A stretch of DNA of 64,000 bases, from the IMG/VR virus record IMGVR_UViG_3300012983_000045, positions 7,875-71,874 of that record; one strand, written 5' to 3'. The notes below the pieces were generated by a model, which was given only the letters and a program-made list of their open reading frames with translations, was not told where the DNA came from and did no database searches. Position numbers and translations under genes: made by a program. Below, in pieces: positions 57,337 to 64,000 of this stretch. Numbering within the stretch: position 1 is the first letter of the stretch; each line of letters opens with the position of its first letter. The DNA is from a virus (Duplodnaviria; Caudoviricetes).

Positions 57337-57358
57337 ATGTCATCACCTTCTTGCTATT

Positions 57359-58135
57359 TTAATTTATTTCATTATTTATTCCTCTAACCATTGCACGTAT
57401 CATCTGTGTCATATATGTACCAATAGGATTCTGATATATTGCACCGGCACTTACATTGCGCACAACATTAACAAATTCCTTATCCAAGAAATTACCCTTT
57501 AGGCGGTTACATTCTGGATGAACAGCCCTCAGATTCATTGGATCATTTGTGCCGCCACGGCTTAATGGTATAATATGGTCAATAGTACTGTTTTGTTTAT
57601 ACAATGGCATACGGCATATTGCACACTTACCATTAGATTGCATAAATACAATATCTTTAACTTTCTGAGGGATGTATACCCGCTCCGACGATTCTTGTCC
57701 ATCAAAAGATACCAATTCTAACGGATTAATATCTTTTGCTTGAGCATTCTTTGTTCTTTTCTGGCGAACAAATTTTTCGTTGATTACATACTGGATTTCC
57801 AAATCAATATCATTACGGCAGTTCTCAAGATACTCATACGCAGATTCTGCCGAGTTAAAAGCTCGTGCTTTCTTAATGTCGGAAACAATATTTGAATCAT
57901 TGCCAACAAATTTCATAGCAGTAGCAATAACATAGTCATTACCCTTTTTGGATGAACGTGCTTTATAACATACATACGTCGGATGTTTAATAATGATAGT
58001 ATTTGCCATAGAATGTTTCATGTGAGATCCAGAATCCGGGGAAACTGTCCACTCGGCGTTCCCCGATAAGAATCTAATATCATTGCAAATATAATATTTA
58101 CTATTCATTGGAGAGGCTTCCTTTCTTTCTTGCAT
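57359..58135 (-). CDS. HNH endonuclease-domain protein
   Basis: C-terminal CAICR...TIDHIIPLSRGGTND..NL..VHPECNRLK. Confidence 0.8.
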   Translation of the reverse strand: MQERKEASPMNSKYYICNDIRFLSGNAEWTVSPDSGSHMKHSMANTIIIKHPTYVCYKARSSKKGNDYVIATAMKFVGNDSNIVSDIKKARAFNSAESAYEYLENCRNDIDLEIQYVINEKFVRQKRTKNAQAKDINPLELVSFDGQESSERVYIPQKVKDIVFMQSNGKCAICRMPLYKQNSTIDHIIPLSRGGTNDPMNLRAVHPECNRLKGNFLDKEFVNVVRNVSAGAIYQNPIGTYMTQMIRAMVRGINNEIN

Positions 58136-58424
58136 TTTTTAACCGTTCACCAATTGTCCGTTTTTCTTCTTCTGTATATTCGCGGGATCTACCGGAAGAA
58201 GTTTTTCCACGGAATGAAATAAGCTTCTTCGGACACTTATATGTCTTTGAGACAACATCTCCGTCATGATATGCAACGTCGGTAATAGACCATTCGCCCG
58301 GATTATTCTTAACAAGTTTATCCAACCTTGTTATATATGAGTAATCACTCGTGTATACAGAAGCAACGTCCGTATCCGTATTGAACTGTATTACGACTTC
58401 ACGTTCGTTAATCAGCGTCCTCAT
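58098..58424 (-). CDS. Hypothetical protein ending TAG-TAA
   Basis: Track ORF 58101..58445; the TAG is followed immediately by TAA at 58100-58098. Confidence 0.65.
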
Positions 58425-58599
58425 TATTAACCTCCTCGGAATCAACTGAATTGTTATCTAATATCTTTTTGAGCGCAGCCAACATCGCCTCCTGGCGTTT
58501 AATTTTGAATGGCTTACATGGAGTAGAACAGTACCGGTATCTCCGGCACTGATTACAATCCCCATCAGTTTTCCACTGTTCGTTCCACTGGGTATCCAT
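58408..58599 (-). CDS. Small Cys-containing hypothetical protein
   Basis: Intact 63-aa ORF, CNQCRR..YCS.PC. Confidence 0.6.
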   Translation of the reverse strand: MDTQWNEQWKTDGDCNQCRRYRYCSTPCKPFKIKRQEAMLAALKKILDNNSVDSEEVNNEDAD

Positions 58600-59546
58600 T
58601 ATTTGCTCTCCTTATTTAAGTATTCAGTAACTGCCCGATCAAGACGAGAAAGAGTAATCGGGTTCGTACCAATTGCATAACCAAGGGCCATATTCTGATA
58701 ACCGATACGTTTTCTTGCTTCGGCAAGGAATTCCACGTTATCAATGCCGAGGAGTTTATACGCCCGCGAATAATCTACGCCAGAAGGATTGTCTGTTCCG
58801 GCAAATCTGCATACGATTTGTTTAACGTTTTCTGGGCAATGCATAGCTTCTGATGCCACGGTCTTTTTAACAGGAATCTGCATCTTTAATTTATTAACAA
58901 TGTGTTTATGCACATAATTGTTAACATGTTTGGAGAAACATTCGCGCAAAGCGTCCGAGTAAGCAATCATTGCAATCCTATTACTTTTTGGGTTTACTTT
59001 TTTGTACTCCGTAAGTAAGTTGTCAATATCATAACCGGAAGTCTTCATGGATGCATAAATCTGTTTGTAAATTGAATTCCTCTCGGAATTTTCATCCTTA
59101 CAGATTTTATCAATTTCATCCCTAACTCTCTCAGTCCAGGCACGACAATCTTTCTCTGGGATAGAAGAGTAGAACAAAGGATTGGCCGCGGACTTCACTT
59201 CCGTTGTATTTATCGGGGGATTGACAACAATTGTCGGCTGACGATTTGCGGCCTCCCTAGCGATGGATGTACTATTATCGATTGACGTGCACAGCAAGCC
59301 CAGCAGGTTCTTTAATGTATCATTTAACGAATTGATGGCGTCTGTCTGTGTATTGATATTTTTCCCGATAGAGTCAATTTTCTTTCCGAGAGTTTCAATT
59401 TTTTTGTTTTCGAGAGCTGCATTCCTTTCTACAGCATCAATAAGATCGTTTGTCCTATCTTCGCCCCGGATTGCTTTTACAAAAGAAACAATTTCGTTAT
59501 TACCCAAAGGCGTGGTTACATCAATAGGTGCAAGTGAATTTCCCAT
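58599..59546 (-). CDS. Hypothetical protein with coiled coil
   Basis: Intact 315-aa ORF with GGAGG RBS. Confidence 0.7.
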   Translation of the reverse strand: MGNSLAPIDVTTPLGNNEIVSFVKAIRGEDRTNDLIDAVERNAALENKKIETLGKKIDSIGKNINTQTDAINSLNDTLKNLLGLLCTSIDNSTSIAREAANRQPTIVVNPPINTTEVKSAANPLFYSSIPEKDCRAWTERVRDEIDKICKDENSERNSIYKQIYASMKTSGYDIDNLLTEYKKVNPKSNRIAMIAYSDALRECFSKHVNNYVHKHIVNKLKMQIPVKKTVASEAMHCPENVKQIVCRFAGTDNPSGVDYSRAYKLLGIDNVEFLAEARKRIGYQNMALGYAIGTNPITLSRLDRAVTEYLNKESK

Positions 59547-59609
59547 AAGAATCCTCCTATATAGTATTTTTTGTGTTCTTATTCTAATTATTCTTACTCC
59601 ATGTTATTC

Positions 59610-60593
59610 TTATTCCATATCAATAATGTTTGTATTACCATTCAGTAACATCTCCATTTCGGAAGTCCATCCTTGGACTGCGTCGATCAAGTCCCGGAGA
59701 TTTTCCCGGGCAGTCTCGCTGACTTGCGTCCTTTGGAAGCACCGCCGGAACTTTAGTGGGGCAAGATCCTCCTCCAACAAATTCCTAACCTTGAACCCGA
59801 GATCATAGATCTGGTCAGTATCTCCGGTAGCAGCATATACGCTTTTTTTGTTCCGCTCCATATAAGCAGCATTGTTAAACGTCAATATATCTGTTTTGAG
59901 TTGGTCGTTTTCATCTTGAAGGTCGGCAATCTTCAGCATAGCGTCGGCGAGTTGCTTCTGGACCACCTCGAGTGACTCATCCTTCGGAGCTTTAGGGACG
60001 GGTAATTTCGGCTCCAGTTCCTTCTTGATAAGGCCATACGCCTTATTTGTTGAAATAACCCCCGTGTTCCAGTTGATATAATCGCCCTCGGGAAGAACAT
60101 CCTTGTTGTCAACAATATATTTCATGCGCTCGTATTGAACACCGGACATACCTAAGCGTTTGGCAACAATGTCGCGAGTTTTTCCAGTTCCTTTCCGAGG
60201 TGTAAAAATTTTCACCTCGGTAGAATTCTGCTTCAAATTCGCCAGACTAGTCTCTTCCGCCTCTACAGACAAGATGCGCTCCATGCGAATCCCGGCGTCC
60301 ACGACCTCCTCACGGGAAAAATCCTTCCTATAGGTATTTTCGGCGAATTCCACACATAGTTCCTGCTCGGCATCCACCGTTGACTTTATTATTGCTGGTA
60401 TTTCTTCCCAGCCGAGAGATTTGCAAGCGGCGAGTCTGCGCTCCCCGGCTAGAAGTTGATAATGCTCGTTGACAAGGATAGGGGATAATAACCCCAATTC
60501 GCGGATATTCTCAGCAAGTGATGGGATATTGCCGAGGTCTTTGCGGATGCGATCCTTAACATTAATAGAATCAATGGGAATTGATTGGAGCAT
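59610..60593 (-). CDS. ParB/Srx N-terminal domain protein
   Basis: RIRKDLG.I..LA..I...GLLSPILV....LLAGERRLAA; ENTYRKDF; HTH-like segment follows. Confidence 0.85.
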   Translation of the reverse strand: MLQSIPIDSINVKDRIRKDLGNIPSLAENIRELGLLSPILVNEHYQLLAGERRLAACKSLGWEEIPAIIKSTVDAEQELCVEFAENTYRKDFSREEVVDAGIRMERILSVEAEETSLANLKQNSTEVKIFTPRKGTGKTRDIVAKRLGMSGVQYERMKYIVDNKDVLPEGDYINWNTGVISTNKAYGLIKKELEPKLPVPKAPKDESLEVVQKQLADAMLKIADLQDENDQLKTDILTFNNAAYMERNKKSVYAATGDTDQIYDLGFKVRNLLEEDLAPLKFRRCFQRTQVSETARENLRDLIDAVQGWTSEMEMLLNGNTNIIDME

Positions 60594-60647
60594 GGCTAAC
60601 CTCCTTGTTTAATATATTGCATATTATAGCATGCCGTTTTTTATTTG

Positions 60648-61901
60648 TCAAGCGTTTAATTTATTATTTACAGAAATATTTTCAATCCAAGTTTGAAGTA
60701 ATTCCCTCATACGAGAACTGGGGATATAAATCCATATTGGATTGCCCTCGCGGATTGCCGAACGCCAAATCCATTGTAACATTTCGGAGAGTGCATATCC
60801 ATCCTCATCAGTAATAATATCCCGGTCTTTAAAGAAGCCCTGGACCATAGGATTAAAGTATACATTAACAAGATATGCGAGATGATCCCGTTCCTTGTAT
60901 AAATTGGTAGCTCGTGCATTAATTGCCAGAAATCCTTTTGTATAACCTTTGCCAGATAATTGAGATTTGTAATCAATGAATGATGCCCACAATGCTTTGT
61001 CTGAAGAACATGATTCAATGTTGCGGAAGAAATTGCTTGTATTGTTTTTAAGCTGCTTCATCATAGCTGTTTTGGAATTATTAACATACCAGGATTTTGA
61101 TAATGCAAACTTATCCTTTCCTATAATATTAAGCTTTGGATGTTGAGTAACATGAATAAGTTTAGAGTAGTCATACTCAGGGTTGTTATTCCTGCCCTCG
61201 GCAAAGGAATAATTTTCCGGGGAATTTCCGGTTACATGGAGATATTTATAATTGATGCCGCAATAATCATAATAATATCTCTGGATTTGTGCATCAAACA
61301 TATAGGTAAGAACATATATTTCTTCAAAAGCATTAAATACTTCTGCCGGGAATAACCATAATAACATATGCTTACGAGCCAAGACAACGCCGCCGGAATT
61401 ACACATTGCCTTAATTTCGGAAAATTTGCCCTCGTAATTCATTTGTTCTTCTTTCCAGATCATCTTCCCGGTTGCTTCATCATAGTCACAATAGGTGTTT
61501 AATAAATTATTTATATCATCATTAGTAATAGGATATTCTTCCACAACATCTGTGACTTCATCCATGATGAGAGTATAGCCCAGGGTTTCACATACATTGA
61601 TAAGCTCTTTATCAAATTTGTGAAACAGTGCGTGTGTACTTACAACATTGTCACCGTTGCGGAGTAATTCTCGGATATTATCTAATTTACTTCCTTTGTT
61701 ATATATGGGTTCTTTAAAGTGGCGAGATATACACATTTGTTTATAACGTTTGATCTCTTCTAAATATGGTGTGATTACCAAAAATCTTTTGTCTGGGCTA
61801 CTGTTGTTAATATAATTGATTGCTGCGGATGATTTGCCAGATCCCATAATGTCATCAACAATAAATGTTTTGACGGGGACATTTGTTGTTAATTCTTCCA
61901 T
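60648..61901 (-). CDS. SF2 helicase-like protein
   Basis: MGSGKS Walker A, LIMDEV Walker B, QWIWRSAIR C-terminal motif. Confidence 0.75.
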   Translation of the reverse strand: MEELTTNVPVKTFIVDDIMGSGKSSAAINYINNSSPDKRFLVITPYLEEIKRYKQMCISRHFKEPIYNKGSKLDNIRELLRNGDNVVSTHALFHKFDKELINVCETLGYTLIMDEVTDVVEEYPITNDDINNLLNTYCDYDEATGKMIWKEEQMNYEGKFSEIKAMCNSGGVVLARKHMLLWLFPAEVFNAFEEIYVLTYMFDAQIQRYYYDYCGINYKYLHVTGNSPENYSFAEGRNNNPEYDYSKLIHVTQHPKLNIIGKDKFALSKSWYVNNSKTAMMKQLKNNTSNFFRNIESCSSDKALWASFIDYKSQLSGKGYTKGFLAINARATNLYKERDHLAYLVNVYFNPMVQGFFKDRDIITDEDGYALSEMLQWIWRSAIREGNPIWIYIPSSRMRELLQTWIENISVNNKLNA

Positions 61902-63018
61902 GATAATACCTCCTGGGAATTTTTTGAGTTCAGAGTCGCAATTTATGGCTACAACTGACGTTCGTCTTTGCTTCGCAAAATATCACCTCCGAAGTGATAG
62001 ATTATATGTACTAGATTATTGAGCTTTTATGTGTTGGTGGTTGTATGGCCAAAAACATAAAAGTGCTAAAATTTTTTAAAAACGCCCATTTTACTGGGTT
62101 TTTTCGCCTATAGCTTAAAGAAAGAGTATATAAAAGTGATAAAAAATGTGGAAGGGGATAATTGGTTAAATCAAGGTTAGATACTGCGTTTAATATATGA
62201 CATATATGATAATATATTATTCCAATAATGTCAAGAAGAAATTTTGGATTACTATTCTTTTATAGATTACTATTCCGCTCCACGATTTAAATAACACTTC
62301 ATTCTTTACTGGGGAGCGGTATATTAATGCTCGTTGCCACTCGCATTAAATAGAATATATATTAATTCAGAATTATACTTGTAAATGATTATATTTCTAC
62401 TTACACATGTTGAGTAACTATGAAAACATACTGGAAGAATATATTAGAAAAACATATTCTTTAATAGACTTTGAATATATGTTACCCGCAAATAGTGTGC
62501 GGTGCGGCGTCAGTAATCTGGTCTTACGCCCCTGGACATCAAAGACGCCTATTTGAGGTCACCTATATATGTTGAATAAATATGAATAAACATGATTGTA
62601 TTATTGTTGTATATCATAGCTTAAATATACCCCCCGTCTATAGCATATGATCAACATGGTTTTTATTATTTATTATTAATAGCATAATTATCATTTATTT
62701 ATATTTTTGGATACGGCGATTGATTATAGCGTATATATATTGACTATATGCGTGTTATGTTTTAACGATAGTGAGGTCGATATTTTTTCGTGGTGTGTTG
62801 ATGAAGCGGCTAGGGCTGCCGGAGCGGATCCGGTGGGCCGATTCGCTATAAATACCCCAGGCTTTCCAAATTTATGACTATAAATTAAAAAAATCAGCTG
62901 ATTTTGTCCTTTTTTGATATAATGGAAGTGGGAAAAGACACTTTTCCCAAATTGTTCATATTTTATACACAATTCAATTATTTCATGGGTGGCAAGGCTA
63001 CCAGAAAGGAAGGTTTCT

Positions 63019-64000
63019 ATGTTTACAAAGTCTATCAATCTTGACAATCTTGATTCTGAATATCGTGACAACCTTGTTATCATTTCTAAGCCGGAAGCCG
63101 TTCTTCTCAAATTGAAGAAAGAAGACCTTGTATCTCTGTGCGTCTTTTTCGGCACAAAGAAAACCGGCAATAAATCCGACCTTGTCCGTGTCCTAAAAGA
63201 CTACCTTTCAACCGTGATTCAGAAACACGGTGATTGTGTCGTAGCCGAACCACACACAGCCACGAACGGCAGGGCAACGCTTACAGATAATAGAAGCGCA
63301 TTTTCTGAATACGTAGCTATGAAAGAGTTACATATAACCATGGCAAAATCCATAGTTCGCAAAATGGCGAACGAGTTTAGCTACTCTATTGATGAGAACG
63401 GACTTCCGGTTGATGGTTTGACCATGTGCCAACGGGAGAAGTTCCTAGACGGTGCACCGGCTTGTAGTGAGATTGTAAAATCCAATTTCACAGAACCTAT
63501 TTTTGAAGACATCTATCAAGAAGTATTTCTTGAATTGCTTGTTATGTATGACGAGGGGCTTGTTACCGTTGACAGTCTGGGAAAACTTGCTTTTCAAAAG
63601 ACTATCCTTGAGAACGGCAACACAGATAATAGCTATTTCAGATTATACAAGGCTGTTCGCCGTGTTCTTTCAGCTTACAAGACCACAAACAGTCAGAGGT
63701 CCAAACAGGGCAATTACGCTATTACTTACGACAAGGACGGGAACGAAATCATTAAATCAACAGACGGGCAAAACGGTCGATTCATTCTTTCGGGCTGTGT
63801 AGCCTCGATTGAATCCACTTTGGAAACAACGAACATTAAGGGCTTTTTTGTCTGGGTGAATAACCATTATCCGAAAAAGGCGGAAGCTCTTCTTGACTTG
63901 TTTTCCGTCCTGACCAAAGACGTTAATGAGCGGGACGGCGCTCGTCTTCTGGGATGGAATGAGAGAACATACCGTAGATATAAAGTGCTGTTGAAGGTTA
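63019..64000 (+). CDS. Divergent gene with SAP-like motif and C-terminal HTH (sigma-region-4-like); 3' end outside the window
   Basis: ATG at 63019 after AAGGAAGG; open to the window edge, so missing from the track. LKKEDLVSLCVFFGTKKTGNKSDLVRVL and DGARLLGWNERTYRRY. Confidence 0.65.
   Translation, partial: MFTKSINLDNLDSEYRDNLVIISKPEAVLLKLKKEDLVSLCVFFGTKKTGNKSDLVRVLKDYLSTVIQKHGDCVVAEPHTATNGRATLTDNRSAFSEYVAMKELHITMAKSIVRKMANEFSYSIDENGLPVDGLTMCQREKFLDGAPACSEIVKSNFTEPIFEDIYQEVFLELLVMYDEGLVTVDSLGKLAFQKTILENGNTDNSYFRLYKAVRRVLSAYKTTNSQRSKQGNYAITYDKDGNEIIKSTDGQNGRFILSGCVASIESTLETTNIKGFFVWVNNHYPKKAEALLDLFSVLTKDVNERDGARLLGWNERTYRRYKVLLKV

Noticed and set aside
601-61355. Plus-strand ORFs in the track (e.g. 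29183..29827, 35189..35773, 59263..59808)
   Set aside because: They lie antisense to well-supported minus-strand genes and show no recognisable motifs; treated as shadow ORFs.
62724-63802. Track ORFs 62724..63170 (-) and 63503..63802 (+)
   Set aside because: Both overlap the longer RBS-supported + strand frame starting at 63019 and have no recognisable motifs.

Overview
The window is 64 kb of a large, AT-rich, SPbeta-like siphovirus genome. The host is probably a gut Clostridia/Lachnospiraceae member (inferred). Almost all genes are on the minus strand, and the + strand starts only at ~63 kb. Reading from high to low coordinates, the order follows Bacillus phage SPbeta: SF2 helicase-like, ParB-like, YonO-type single-subunit RNA polymerase, HU, PhoH, ClpP, YonK/YonJ-like, terminase, portal, prohead protease/scaffold, capsid, head-tail, major tail, YomM-like tyrosine recombinase, tape measure, distal tail. 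The key to reading it is that TAG is a sense codon (Gln, genetic code 15). The late genes look shattered in the standard-code ORF track, but every break I checked is an in-frame TAG, and several fall on conserved Gln positions. A phage tRNA with a CUA anticodon and an unexpected long variable arm lies at 47911-48001, upstream of the recoded block. With the code corrected, 277-21130 becomes one ~6,400-aa tape-measure gene. It is split by a group I intron and carries an ADP-ribosyltransferase-like insert. A second group I intron interrupts a head-tail gene and appears to end in A rather than G. Other unexplained items: a Gln/Asn/Cys-rich six-gene cassette interleaved with tail genes, a DIP1984-like gene followed by a noncoding 7-nt-period array, a His-rich lasso-like peptide, an altered initiator-type tRNA, and seven homing-endonuclease-like genes. 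All family assignments come from motif recognition by eye; no searches were run.
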